Source: Chrysomallon squamiferum
Taxonomy: Eukaryota > Animalia > Mollusca
Reading direction: 5' to 3'
NCBI GenBank assembly: GCA_012295275.1
Contig: CM022665.1
Coordinates: 2,852,001-2,916,000 of the forward strand
Length of the DNA: 64,000 nucleotides
Shown here piece after piece: positions 14,641 through 28,781 of the stretch; the stretch's first letter is position 1; every line of letters begins with the position of its first letter. A program made the position numbers and the translations under genes. The notes beneath the pieces are model-generated. The model was given only the letters and a program-made list of their open reading frames with translations, did not search any database and was not told the origin of the DNA.

Positions 14641-15859
14641 TTCTTATATATATGTATATATTATAATATGATAAATATATTAAAATCAGTCTGTTATCTT
14701 TAAATAATTTTCAAAAACGATTTAATAAAAGGAAACTACACATTTTTAAACCTAGTTATAAAACTCTCGTTTCCTTTGTTATTTCCAGTCTAACGTAACA
14801 AACGAGGTTTAATAAAGTCTGGATCGCTACACTAGTCTGGTCGACGCCGGCTGTTTTCTTTTCTGGTATCTCATTCTTTTAATTCAGTCTTTTTTAATTT
14901 AATTTTTTACATAAAATATAAAATAAAGATAATTTTACAAGTATAGTATCCTAATCGATGTAATATTTCTATTTTATTATTATTATTATTTTATTTATTT
15001 ACTAAAATTATTTACATGGCTCTTTTTGAAATGATCTGATTATGATTTACGTTAGTAAACTTATTAAAAAGGTGAAATGCATGTTTAACGCTGCTATAAT
15101 ATTTTTACAGTTATGTGTATATATATATATATATATACAACAGTCAAACAAGTACAGAACTAACAGTATTTAAATCGTTATGTGGAAACGTGTAATGTGA
15201 ATCAATTAGAATATGTTGAGTTGTGTTGTTTCTCGTTGATGGAAGGTATAGTTTTATCTGATGATTAGTGTTTACTGATTACCTAACACGTGGGAACTCG
15301 CGCTGATCGCGTTAGTGTTTGAGATGACAACGTGTGTGCAGTGCTGGTGTCAGATCTCGTTGCTAGAACCCAAAACCTTCGTTTTGGAACCTCGGACACC
15401 TTCGCGAAAACTTCGGAATGTGGAGTTTGTGTCTTCACAGCAAACAATCCTTAATTTTGTCACCCAGTTCACGTCACCCGGGTTATAATCAGCAAGTCCA
15501 GTCATTTCGGTGACTGGTCAGGTCTGACCTGCGTACTTGACCTATTACTGCACCTTTTCTTACTCATTTTACTTTTGTTTAACAGTATTTTTTATTTATT
15601 TTTTTTAAAAACATTTAAATTAAACTGTTTTTGGGGTTGCAATACGAATATATACATTTTTATCTAACATACCTGAATTCAGTTTTCCCAAACATGTCAT
15701 GATTACTGGTGCTTTGAATGTTCTATAACTTTTCATTCTTCTTCTTGGATAAATAATAATAATAATAATAATAATATGTGAGAAAGCATTATCTTCAAAA
15801 GACGATTAGGATTTAATTTGTCATAACGCGCATTGCTCTATTTATTTAAAACGGAGGAG

Positions 15860-15899
<40 letters not shown>

Positions 15900-16004
15900 T
15901 ATGTCACGTATCGGTGGAAATATGACTTGCTTATGCTTTGACATGTCAACACAGTTTCTGTTATTGGTAACAATGATGATGGTGCATTATGCATTTAAGC
16001 CGTG

Positions 16005-16133
16005 GCCCTTAGCCAATAGATTGTGTCAGGTTTTCACCTGCTTCTGTTCAACGTAAGACAAAGAAGTTCGTTGTCACAAGACTGACGACAGTTTTCGTTT
16101 CTTAGCCCCACTGACTGCTTACATCCAGTGAGT
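16005..16133 (+). promoter_or_regulatory. Candidate proximal Otx promoter and short non-coding first exon
   Basis: AGCCAATAG CCAAT box near 16012-16020, then donor CA|GTGAGT at 16128; a 231-nt intron would join the acceptor at 16358. Confidence 0.45.
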
Positions 16134-16438
16134 ACAGTTATTCAATTAATCGCGTGACACGGCTGATTAATTCCAAATTTTGCCTCACTGCGTCCAAGAC
16201 TCGTCGGTTTTTTTGTGTTTGTTTTTTTTAGCGAGCGAGCGCTGGAGAAATTAAACAAGTCCAGTCGTTACTGCTGTTGTTTTTAATGTCATTTTTGTTT
16301 TTTTAAACTTTGTTTTTTTACCGACGTTCACGGATTTTTAACCATCTTATGATTTCAGTGTGGTCGGACCGCTATCTCGCCCCTACCACGGAATCCCGAG
16401 GACTGATCCCAAATCTCGAATCACTGCCATCCGATGTT

Positions 16439-16562
16439 ATGTCCATGGCCGGGTACCCACCCGTCTCCTCCCATGGAGGAAAATGTCCACCCTACTCTGT
16501 CAACGGTGTCAGTCTCACCTCGCCAAACATGGAACTTCTGCACCCGGCAATGGGCTTTCAAA
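16439..16562 (+). CDS. Otx: Otx homeobox protein, first core coding exon (exon acceptor at 16358/16359; reading frame open from 16359)
   Basis: Translates MSMAGYPPVSSHGGKCPPYSVNGVSLTSPNMELLHPAMGFQ, matching the conserved Otx N-terminal motif (vertebrate OTX2 [24 protein letters not shown]). Ends at the donor A|GTAAGT (phase 1), preceded by the acceptor TTTCAG at 16353-16358. Confidence 0.9.
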
Positions 16563-16756
16563 GTAAGTGTTTTATTTGTTTATTTACTAATTATTATTAT
16601 TATTATTATCACCATTATTGTTATTATTATTATTATTGTAGATCATTATAGTTGTTATTATTGTTTGTTGTTTTTTATGTTTTTTGTGTGCATTTTTACA
16701 CATATTAATAGCATAAATTATATATATATATTATACTTTTTTAATCTAGTATTTTC

Positions 16757-16793
<37 letters not shown>

Positions 16794-17397
16794 TATACAT
16801 GTATTTGTAATATATATATAATAGCCGTATTTAAAATTAAAAGGCAATTTACTACGAACAGATAACAAAATAAAATTTAATTTTTAATTTCCTAAATATT
16901 CCAGTATTGCGTTTTAAACCGTTTTTAATCTGTCTAAAAAAAAAAAAAAAAAAAAAACCTTGGGGTTTGTCATCCTTGAAGCTATCTGTAAATTGGGTTT
17001 TTACACACCTGTAGTTTTTTTTTTTACCTGCCAACACAAACAAGCCTGTGGACGCTTTTGAAAGCGATCACCCCAGCTGGGCATTTTTCGTGTTCAAGTC
17101 GTTCAAGCTTTCTGAGTTCGCTTTGGCTTTTGTGTTGATGTTTGGGTCTCGGTTAAAAAGGCTGCATTGTACACGTGGTGGAGTTGAAAACGGTGTCGAG
17201 TAGATGGAGAAACCCGCGAGAGAGATTAAACTCCGCGCAGTCTCGATCGTGTTTGCAAACTCTTGCTTTCGAGTGCTCGCCAAATTTGCAAGATAAAACC
17301 CGGAAGTTGGCTCGACCATTTCAGTTCGCGTATGAAACCAAATAGGGATAATTATCTGTATTAGCACTCCATTAGATTCTCGTTTAGAGCTTGTGCT

Positions 17398-17725
17398 AAA
17401 TAATTATATGTTATCATGTTATAAAGTTTGTGTTTCGAGTAAAATAATAATTATATATTAATATGTTATAGTGTTTGTTTTGACAGTAAAATAATTATAT
17501 GTTAATACGTTATAAAGTTTGTGTTGACAGTAAAATAATTATATATTATAGAGTTTGTGTTAGTATTAAATAATTATATATTTATATATTATATAGTTTG
17601 TGTTAACAGTAAAGTAATTCTGTATTAAAATATTTTATATTTACAATAAACATAATTATATATTAACATGTTACAGAACATGTATTAGTATTATTAGTAG
17701 TTAAAGGTAAAATAATTATATACTA
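17398..17725. repeat. Degenerate minisatellite, ~40-bp unit (TAAAATAATTATAT..TTATA.AGTTTGTGTT.ACAG) in an Otx intron
   Basis: The motif AAATAATTATAT recurs roughly every 35-45 bp. Confidence 0.8.
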
Positions 17726-19724
17726 GCAGATTACAGGTGTTAGGAATTCGTGTGGTGAAAAAGTATTGTTAAACTAAAAATAATAAAATATAAAAAATGA
17801 AAATAACATTTTATATAAAATATGATAATCAGAAAGTTATGTTTTACGAAATATTTCATAATAAACAAAATATATGCATATATATCAAAATAAGTCTGAA
17901 TTTATTTAAGCTACAGTTATTTAGAACTTTTATTTTTAAATCGAAATAATAAATCCTAAAGATTAACAGATTATTTAGTTTTTGCGCATTTAGCAAGATT
18001 TTTTACGTCTATAAAACTGTTTAAATATTTCAATAAAAATAAGATAATATATATACCGTGTTTATTACAGAGGTAGCACAAATAAATAAATACTTATAAA
18101 TAAATAATGCAGTATTTTATTTTGTTTGCATAGTTAAATTTAAAAATAAATGCATGATACAACACCAGTTTTATTAAAATAGCCTAATAAATTTGTTTTA
18201 TAAGTTTGTATATTTAAAGATATGAAATAATAAAATTAAATTAAAAAAATAATAAAATATGGAATAAAATTGTTGATTCTCTATTTAAAAAATTAAACTA
18301 TTTCACATTATTTTGAAAAATTCAAATCTCTCTTTAATGTTCTTTATTTTATATTTATTTCAAAATAATGCTGGACTAATCAAAGCAAATTCTATATAAA
18401 TTGTAATTTAAATTTTTTTTATTATTATTTTTATTATATTTTTTTTATTTATGTTAAAACATAATACTAGATAGGCTGCTATATTTTCTGTCACCGGGCT
18501 GTGTATGGTGCTACAAAAGGTATAATACAATATTATTTGTAATGGTAATCAACTCTTGTGAAATGCTAATATTGATGATATAGGAACAGAAAGGAAAGAG
18601 AAAATCTTCCTGTCTTATTTTTTTGTGTAGGGTTTATTGAAAATGTGTAAGTCGGTATTGTGAGGTAGGGGATTACACGAGGTGCGTGAGACACTGTTTG
18701 CTGAGAGAGTTTGCAGTCGGCAAAGGTGCGACTGTCGAGGGATCGCCTAACGGGGGTTACTGTCCCCATCTGGCGTTATATTGAAACCCTTCGCGCCGCG
18801 CCATTCATCCACTTTGCTAGCCAAATAAACTCCAGTCAATAGGCCATCTCGTGGCCATGTTTTGGCCGCCGCTATGAAAAGAACCCGAAAGACATAGGGC
18901 ATTATTTCCGTCACGACTTCCATTCGAACGCCTGACAACTGGGTGAATGGAAAATTGCATTTTTATGAGATAGGCCCCGAAATCGGCTGCAAAAAGAACG
19001 ATGGCAGTGAAGAGTCGGTGTGAAAAAAAAAAAATTACAAAAAAAACCGGAGGTAGCTTTGATGAAAAAAAGTCTTTGTATATATTGCAACGTTCACTCC
19101 AGTGTCGTGCCTTACAATTCAATCCCTGCGAACGCTGTCCATTCCTTGTACATGTTTTTTCGATTACCGTTTTCATTAGCGCTCGCTTCGCGACTTCTCC
19201 GGAAGACGTTTTAAAACAGGCTTCCTCTTCCACAGGTTGAAGTTTATGAACGGTAGTCGTTCTTCAATGTTAATAAAAGAAGAGCAAACAGATAAATTTT
19301 CGTTTCTGTTTCACATTTCACTGCCACTGTTTTCATAGGGCTGATTTATTTTATCCAAACACGGGCTTGAGAAGAGTCTTGTGGATTAATTAAGTTGTTG
19401 TCAGAAAACTCCGGCTGCAGTCAAATGTTACGGAAATGAGAAAACAATTAGCACGAAGTCAAACGACATAAATTAGCTGTCCTAATAGACTGGTTCCATT
19501 TACATAAAATAACGCGTTACGCTTAAAAGTAATTTACGTTTTAACCTTTTTTCTTTTTCTTTTTTTTTTTTTTGAACTGGAATTTCAATACTGCTTTCAA
19601 GGAAATGTTTTATATAAAAAAAAAAATTAAAAATAAAATATTTTAAAAATAAAATTACCGGTATATGATGAAGATTATAAAATTAAAATGATGATGATGA
19701 TATTTTATTCACAATAAAAACATC

Positions 19725-19773
<49 letters not shown>

Positions 19774-19842
19774 TGGCAGTATTAAAATAACAATTTAATT
19801 TTGTTTTTGCTATCTTTACTTTTACATCCTGTATATATATAA

Positions 19843-20100
<258 letters not shown>

Positions 20101-22123
20101 TAACACCTTCTACTTGATCTCCTCACTCCTATAGAAGTGTCTTTACAGTGTATTTTTTATATTATTATTTTTGTTTTGCTTTGCTCTTACTTTATTATAT
20201 TATTGTTATTATTATTGTTATTATTATTTTATTATTATTAAATTTTATTATTATTACATTTTATTATTATTACATCTTATTATTATTTATATTTTTTTTT
20301 ATTTTATTTTATTTTATTTTATTTTATTTTATTTTAATTTATTTTTATTTCATTTCATTTCAATTCATGTCGTTTTATTTTACTGTATTTTTTTAAAACA
20401 ACAACATCGTAACAGGAACATTTAAAAAAAAAAACCTCAATTTTCTTACCCTCCGTCATAACAATTATGTCATTTTACTTATTAGCATGTTTTTCCCGCA
20501 AGTCCTAATTGGAAATAAGTAATTCTTTTATTTCGACTGAATGCTGCTGGCGCATTTTAAATGGTGCTGCTAAAACATTTCACAAGTCTGAAATAAAATG
20601 TTTTTTTCTCCTACAAAAACAGAGTCAAGTGTTGATATTCTGTGCAATAAAAATGTCTTTTCATCGATGTTTTTCTAAAGACTCAAGGTTTTCTCGGAAG
20701 GAACCATTCGGAACAACAAAGTTTGATATATTACGCGGATGCCAAAACACATTTTAATAGAAACGGTCAGATTTATTTTATTGGGTAAGACTTTCCCCCC
20801 GACCTAAGTGCCCATTGTAACCACACCACACACCTGACAACTCCACCGGAAAATGGCCCCGGGAAAATTGTCGCTTTTTCTACACCGCATTGTACTTCGT
20901 ATACACAAGCCATTCTTAGAGGGTTTGCCCACTGACTATATACAACACGCAGCCCTCGAGTGAAACTCGTACAAAGAAAACTTAACTGTTTTGTAACGTT
21001 GCTGTAATAGCCCGAGTTTGCCGCGGTTTCAATCACTTCCGAGTGGTCTCGCCCGCTGTTAGAAAATAATAGTTTGTATTGAGTTGGTGTCCACACACAG
21101 TCTCAGATACTTGCTAATTCCGCCCCTCCCTTCCCTACCCCTCTCTCTCTCTCTCTCTGTCTCGCTCTCGCTCTTACTCTGGCTAATGATAACGTTCGAT
21201 ACATGAAAAGTCTTTTGTTTCATCAAGTGCAGTATAATGGCTGTGTTTAAGCGATGAATTGTTTTCGAGATGAGCACTCTTTGTGCCAGTAATTGTCTGT
21301 TTGTTGAAAGTAATATCCATTACAGAAATATGTTAGCAAGAATAGGTATTTTAATATAAATAAAAGAAGAAAAAGAAAAAGAAAAATCAGCAAAAAGAAA
21401 TAAGTAAAAAGATGTGTTAATTGTGTTTTTAAAAATTTGTTGTGGGTTGGTTATTTAATAAAATATTAATTAACTAATGATGACAGAATTGCAGAAAGAA
21501 AGAAAAAAAATAAACAAACAGATGTCTCTCCCGTAAAATTTGTTATTGTATAAAAAGGATTTTAGAAAAATAAATAAAAAAATTAATTAAAGAAAGAAAG
21601 AAAGAAAGATAATAATAATAATAACAATAACAATAACAATAACAATAACAATAACAATAACAATAACAATAATAAATAAATAAATAAATACATACAAATT
21701 TACACAACAGCAATATTAAAATTTAAAAATGATTTTATATATATTAATGTTAAATGTTTGAATCAAAGAATTACTGAATGAAACGAAAAAAAAAAAAAAA
21801 AAAAAAAAAAAATTTAATACATAAATAAAATATTTCCCATTATATTATTTATATAAATAATAGGATCAAAAAGGATAATAAACACTTAAATCCTGCGAAA
21901 TGCCAATTCCGATAATAAACACTTAAATGTTTGAAATGTCATTTCAGCTGTATCAGAGTGACAGGGTTTTTATTATTACAGAAAATAATGGCATATCATT
22001 TATTGTAAACCATTTGTAACCTCACCACAACTAAAACACAGATTATAATAAACTGACACGAAGGAAAATAGTTTATAGTACATCTTTTTTGACGGTGTAA
22101 AATGATTTAGAATTTTTAGAATG

Positions 22124-22184
<61 letters not shown>

Positions 22185-22859
22185 TTAAATGTTGTGAATA
22201 TATTAATATACGTAATATAAAATTATCTTTCAATTCGGCGGTAAAGGTTTTATTTTATGCACCTTTGTTAACAAGTATAAGTTCCTTCTTTTCAAACATT
22301 CATTTACAAAAAATAAACAAAACATGCTTATTTCTCTGTTCATTTTCACAAGGGTTAATTAAAGAACAGAAGAAATAAAAATAAAATTTAAAATAAACAA
22401 TTTTTCTAAAACTATATATATATATATTTTTTTTTTTTTGCAAAAAACAAAACAAAACGAAAACAAAAACATAAAGAAACTGAACATGTAAATATAATCC
22501 AGAAAGTGAGTTTGACTTTACAACGACACTGACAGTTCAGTTGTAAAACTCTTTATCTGTTTTCACACGTGTAGGTAATTCCTAGATACCGGAAATTACG
22601 TTGTCTCCGTAAACAACAGACTTATCCCTGCAGGAAACATGCTGATAGAAAACTTCAGTTAAAGAGAATTGTGCCAGAATATATAAAGCTTACCAAAATA
22701 AATAAATAAATAAATAAATAAAAAAAAAAATGATCAGAACAAACGAACAAATGAATTAAGAAAGAAAGAAAGAAAGAAAGAATGAAAATAGCAGAAAAAA
22801 AAACAAACATTGCGTCATCATCATTATTGTTGTTATAATTGTATTTTGTTGCTCTACAG

Positions 22860-23420
22860 GTTTGGTTTAAAAACAGGCGAGCCAAATGCAGACAGCAGCA
22901 GAAGGCACAGGAACAGAAGAGCAAACAGCAGCAAAGCGGCCAGCCCAACTCTCCTCAACAGTCGCAGTCCCCAAAGAAAGAGACGAAAAGCTCCCCTCCG
23001 CCTCAGGTTCCTTCCCCAGTGACGTACAAGCCTCCTTCAGTCGGGACCCCGCCCAACGGGAGCGGAATGAACCCCGCGTCCATATGGAACCCGGCTTCGC
23101 TGGCACCGATGAACGAACTCATGAACTCCAACACCAGTTGCATGCAGAGATCGGCGTACCAAATGCCCAACGGACAATCGTATAGTCCTCAGAACTACGG
23201 TCATTCTTCTTACTATGGAAACATGGACTATTTCACTCAAATGCAACTGCCCGTGATGTCCAATCAAATGGCCAACGGCATGTCAAGCATATCAAACACC
23301 CATGGCAATCAAATGGGGTCGTACGGACCCCTCCCATCCACTCAGACACTGACTCGCAATCCTGGAGATTGCCTCGAGTACAAGGATGCTTCATCGTGGC
23401 CAAAGTTTCAGGTTCTCTGA
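22860..23420 (+). CDS. Otx: Otx homeobox protein, terminal coding exon
   Basis: Acceptor CTCTACAG|. Begins VWFKNRRAKCRQQQ (K50 recognition helix), contains SIWNPA (variant of the SIWSPA/WSP motif) and ends in the Otx tail DCLEYKDASSWPKFQVL-TGA. The three exons total 837 nt = 278 aa + stop. Confidence 0.98.
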   Translation, partial: VWFKNRRAKCRQQQKAQEQKSKQQQSGQPNSPQQSQSPKKETKSSPPPQVPSPVTYKPPSVGTPPNGSGMNPASIWNPASLAPMNELMNSNTSCMQRSAYQMPNGQSYSPQNYGHSSYYGNMDYFTQMQLPVMSNQMANGMSSISNTHGNQMGSYGPLPSTQTLTRNPGDCLEYKDASSWPKFQVL

Positions 23421-24081
23421 GGCGTTTGATACTTCTCTCTCTCTCTCTCTCTTTTTTTTTTTTTAAAAGCAAAACATTTAAGAATATTTAGAACGTCAGT
23501 CATATCTAGAGGATCGGGTTGTGTCACCAGCAGCAACTTTCTTGCTTGCAAGAACTTGTCACTGGTGTGCCAGGAAGCGCAGACTTTTAAATATTCACCT
23601 ATGTTAAGAATAGAACATCTCTTCTAACAAACAGCTGATAATCAGTAGCTACTGTCTGTCGTACTTGTTCTTGATGACATTATTTATGTTAAATGTATTC
23701 CAGAGTTACTGGAAGAAATGTGTAAACAGTCTTAGTACTGTCATATTTGGTAAATAAACATTTATAGATAGTTTGCATAATAACACTTCGGTGATGGAGG
23801 ATATGCCTAATATAATGGCAAATGATTCTATGTGGTTTCATATTGTGCTTGTGACTTATTATATTATATTATTTAATTCCTGTAAATACTCATGTCCATT
23901 TAAAAGTATTTTAAAAACGAGTATTCTATGTGTGTGACAATGGTCATGGTGCAAATTCATTTATCATGACATGCATGCATTTTTGTGTCCTCTGAGATTA
24001 TTCGTATTAGTGTATTTTGTGAAATTAGTATTATTATTATATCAATAATACTGTTACTACTACTACTACTACTACTACTAC

Positions 24082-24127
<46 letters not shown>

Positions 24128-24870
24128 TTTATGGATACACTGATAATATTGTGCGCAGTTCTCATTTCCACATATTTATCTTCATATTCATGTTTATACA
24201 TTTTTATTTAATGAAACTATTTTAAAACTGATACAATTTAATATGTGTGCTGAACGTTTGATAAAATTGCTGTATATACTACACTTGAGAAAATAAAGAA
24301 AAAAAAATGTAATATTCGCTAATATATTTTAAATTTTTCGATTGAGCAAAACTCAGTATGGCTTAAACATATCTCGAAGAATAATAAAATATAGCATTTG
24401 TATATTATACGTCATATGTGGGGATAAAAAAAAAAAAAAAAAAATAAAGAACGGAATTAAAATGAGAAACTTCTTAATGTATCTTAGTCGTGAAAAACAT
24501 TTTACAAAGATAAAGTTAAACATTTAAAATCACATCTGTTCTGTGCTTGCAGAACAACGACTATCAAAACAAGAATAATTTCCGAGAAATTTTCTAATTG
24601 CACATTACAACGAAAACTTTTCCTAAGATGTTTCTCATTATTAGACACACGTGAGTGAATTTTTATTGGGGTATATATATATATATATGTTTGTATATAT
24701 ATATATATATCTGTATAATGTATATTGTCAGTCTGTGTATTTGTTTTTTGTTTCTATTTATGGCACTTCATGTCGCAGCTAATCTGCGAATTTGCACCCT
24801 ATATATACATATATAGTGTGAGTGATTTATTGGGGTTTAGTAAAATAAATCGTTGTTTTATCAAAGTACA
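23421..24870 (+). other. Otx: Probable Otx 3' UTR with candidate poly(A) signals
   Basis: AU-rich sequence after the stop. AATAAA near 23753, near 24292 and at 24844-24849; the last is followed by a GT/T-rich element (GATTGTTGTGTTTCTTTT). The true end is uncertain. Confidence 0.5.
24131..24206 (+). repeat. Dispersed repeat copy A (in Otx 3' UTR), abutting (ATT)n
   Basis: ATGGATACACTGATAATATTGTGCGCAG.TCTCATTTCCACATATTTATCTT matches the reverse complement of 55799-55873. Confidence 0.85.
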
Positions 24871-25791
24871 AAGATTGTTGTGTTTCTTTTACAGTTAATT
24901 TCTTTACCTTTTAATACGATAATATATAAATGTGGATGGTTTTAACAAAATATAAAACAGAATTCATTTATTTCGTGAAAGTGATTAATGTTTTTTGTTC
25001 TGATTTTGCACAATCAGATATTTATTTATTTATTTATTATTGTTATATTATTATTATTATTATTATTACTACTACTATTAAAATTGCTTCTGCTGTTTCT
25101 ACTTCTGTCACTATAATTTCTACTTTTATATTTAACTTCTCTTATTTTTTAAAAATAATATAAGGTAGAAGAAACAAAATTTAATTTTGTTTTTTTTCAT
25201 TACAGTGATAACATTTATTTTAGTTTTATTTTTAAATTAAAGCTATTTAATTTTTATAACTATGTACAGGATATTTATTATTTTTAATTTATTTCAGTTT
25301 TGAACTAGTTTTTATATTTTCTTTTTTAACTGTTTCCATTTATAATAAAATTTTGGATTAATATTACAGATACAATGTATGCATTTTTCTAATATTTATA
25401 ATAATTTATTTGATTCTTTTAAAATATCGAAGAAATAGAATATAACTCAAAAGATAATTTTAAAACAATAATAATAATAATAAACTGAATAATAATTACA
25501 AAGAATTATGCCTCACCGCATTAACATTGCAAGTTTTTTTTTATGGATGTGTATAAAATATTCATTTTTATTTAACATTTTTATTCTGTCACAATAAATA
25601 ACGAGAGAAATGTACAACTATCTTCTTTTAAAAAGAAGAATGATTAAATAAAACTTATTAAATCACGTTTTTCTATTTTGTTTTCTCTGGAGTTCCTGAC
25701 TGTTAGCTTTAAAAAAATAATAAGAAATAATAAAATAATAAAAATAAGGAAAGACATCAGAAACTGATCAACAATCTTTTTTAATAACCCG

Positions 25792-25825
<34 letters not shown>

Positions 25826-26533
25826 ATAATAATAATAAAACAAAGTTTTTATAAAATGTGTAATTTCTAACTCACGCGAAAAATATTCTTGTAACTGCGA
25901 AACAAAAATAAAATAATAAATATATATACAAAAAAAAAAAAAAAATAATAATAATTAGACTTAAAATTAATAAAATAAAGAAAAAAAATATATAACAATA
26001 ATAATAAAAAAATAATAATAAAAAAAAAAAAAATAAGAAGAAGACAAATAATTACGTACAACAATGGAGAAAGCATTTGAAACTTTTATTTTAATTATTT
26101 TACATCAAGATTAAATTTTGCTGCAAACACGTGACTGGCCTGTTTGGAAGGAACGATAAGAGAGAAGAATGGTGTGTGCATTCTGCCAAAGGATTAGTAC
26201 AAGTAATTATCGACCTGGGTTCGATATCGAGGCAACCTCGCCGCTTTTACCGTTACTTCAGCCTCGAGCCCGTTCGAAACAAGTTTCCAATTTAGTCAGC
26301 TTTATTGCGTTATTTCCCGTTTTATGTTTCCTTCAGAAGTCCCGCAGTTACTTCCTCAGTTCAAGATGTTTTCCTTTCTTAAAAAGTGTAAATGAAATAA
26401 ATATTAAAATGGAATGAAATGAAATAAAATGAGAAATGAAGTAAAATGAAAATGAAAAAAAAAATAAAATAAAATAAAATGAATATATATGAACAGACAC
26501 AAGAACAAACACACATACATACATACATACATT

Positions 26534-26565
<32 letters not shown>

Positions 26566-26664
26566 GACAGAGAGATAGATAGATTAGAGTGACTGATGAA
26601 TAGACAGATAAATAAATAATTAATAATAATTCTAATTGTGATTATTATTATTATGATGATGATA

Positions 26665-26697
<33 letters not shown>

Positions 26698-27059
26698 CTG
26701 ATGCTGATGATGATTATTATTATTATTAAAAAAGAAAAAAAAAAAAATTACTGAGAAGGAAGAAGATTGAAAAGTGTAGAAGACTGAAAGAGAAACAACA
26801 CAATGGGTTATTTATAAATACAGCTTTTTATTAACTTTTGTATTTCAGTTTTCTGTGTAAATGTCTCAACATCAACATGTGTTGGATTACCTACAACAGC
26901 AATCCATTACATCAAAGTGCTACACACATACCTTAGAAATTAGTCGACTAACTGTAGTTATTACAAATTTAAGCCAGTCACCTATTATTATTGTCGTTGT
27001 TGTTATTATTATTATTATTTTATCATTATCATTGTTATTATTATTATTCATTATTATCA

Positions 27060-27090
<31 letters not shown>

Positions 27091-27419
27091 CATCATCATT
27101 ATCATTGTTATTATTATTATTATTGTCATCATCATCATCACTGTTATTGTTATTATTATTATTATTATTTTTTTTTTTTTTTTTTTGTACTACAAATACA
27201 TTTGTTTTATTGTTTAAAAACAGAACAATAACAACATAACGATGATGATAAGGATAAGGTTATTACTATTGTTGTTGTAGTTGTAATTGCAGCTGTTGTA
27301 GTCATTATCCAGGGGATGATCCACATGTTAAAAAAGGGGGCGCTATCATTGTAGTCAACATAAATTAGTTACATTACAAATAAAAAACCTATTGTTGATG
27401 ATGATCATAATGATAAAAT

Positions 27420-27509
<90 letters not shown>

Positions 27510-28061
27510 CATCATCATCATTATTATTATTATTATTATTATTAAACTGAGATACTGATGATGATGATGATGACGAAAACCAAAAATAAAAAAGAAGGGC
27601 ACTAGTGAATTTTTGTTTTTCAAAGTATAATTATATACCTATTAATTTTAACGACGCGTGTATTTAGTGAAAATAACTAACGTGTTTTATTTCACATAAT
27701 TCTCATTTCCCCGGAGAACATACATTCAGTTTCTCCGGCATTATTTTTCGACATTCAGTCTCGGATTAAATTCGTGGCCATGGCAACGTGATTGGTTTGA
27801 GGGAAAATTTGCAGGAATTCTATTAATCGCGGACACCGGATAAAGAAATAGATTATATAGCAGACACTGTCCCTTTTTACTGTAATAACTAAACATCAAT
27901 ATCGTGTTCAAGAAATAACTGTACATGTATCTCAGTTTAATTTCAAAACACGAAGTGTTAATCTTTATATGAGTGTATGTTGACAAGGTGTATGAGTGTA
28001 TGTGTCTTTGTTTTTACACAAAACTTAAGAGGGTATAAAATTGTGTATTTTATTCCTTTAA

Positions 28062-28106
<45 letters not shown>

Positions 28107-28681
28107 TTTTTTTCTTCATTTGTGTGCGTTTGTTCTTGAATGTGCGGGTATGAGAGAGATAAAGTTTTAATAATTATATTAGAAGCTAAAATTACAACAT
28201 ATGAAGAATAAATTCTGAATTCTCCAGAAAATACATGAGCAAGAAGAAATTTCACGTAAATATACAGATGTCTTCAAAGATTAATTTACTTTTAATTTAA
28301 AAACAAAAATATAAACATTAATAAAATTTTGTATTTATTAATAACGGAAGAAAACCATTGTGTTATTTCTCTTGTAGTTTTTAAAAACTGAAATAAAAAT
28401 ATGTTCTGTTCTTTTATCAGTTGTCTCTTCAAACTTTTTTTTTTTTTTTTAATAATTTTATTTCTGATGTTTTTTGTTAATAAACAATAATGACAGACAT
28501 TTTCATCAGAACTGTAGTGTATATAAATAAATATATGTGTGTGTGTGTGTGCGTGCGTGTAATTATACGCAGATATTAGTACTTGTCCTAGCAGGTACAT
28601 TGTTATTACATATTACAGATTTAATCATAAATTTTCTTCGTAAGAAGGTCACACCTGTTCATCACGTAAGTAGTTCACTAA

Positions 28682-28729
<48 letters not shown>

Positions 28730-28748
28730 TGTGTATTTTTTTTTTTTT

Positions 28749-28781
<33 letters not shown>

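Noticed and set aside
18817-19233. 138-aa minus-strand ORF in an Otx intron
   Set aside because: No recognisable motif, runs through homopolymers, and has a non-ATG start; better explained as a regulatory island.
22655-23472. Overlapping antisense and alternative-frame ORFs over the last Otx exon
   Set aside because: Shadows of a GC-rich coding exon.
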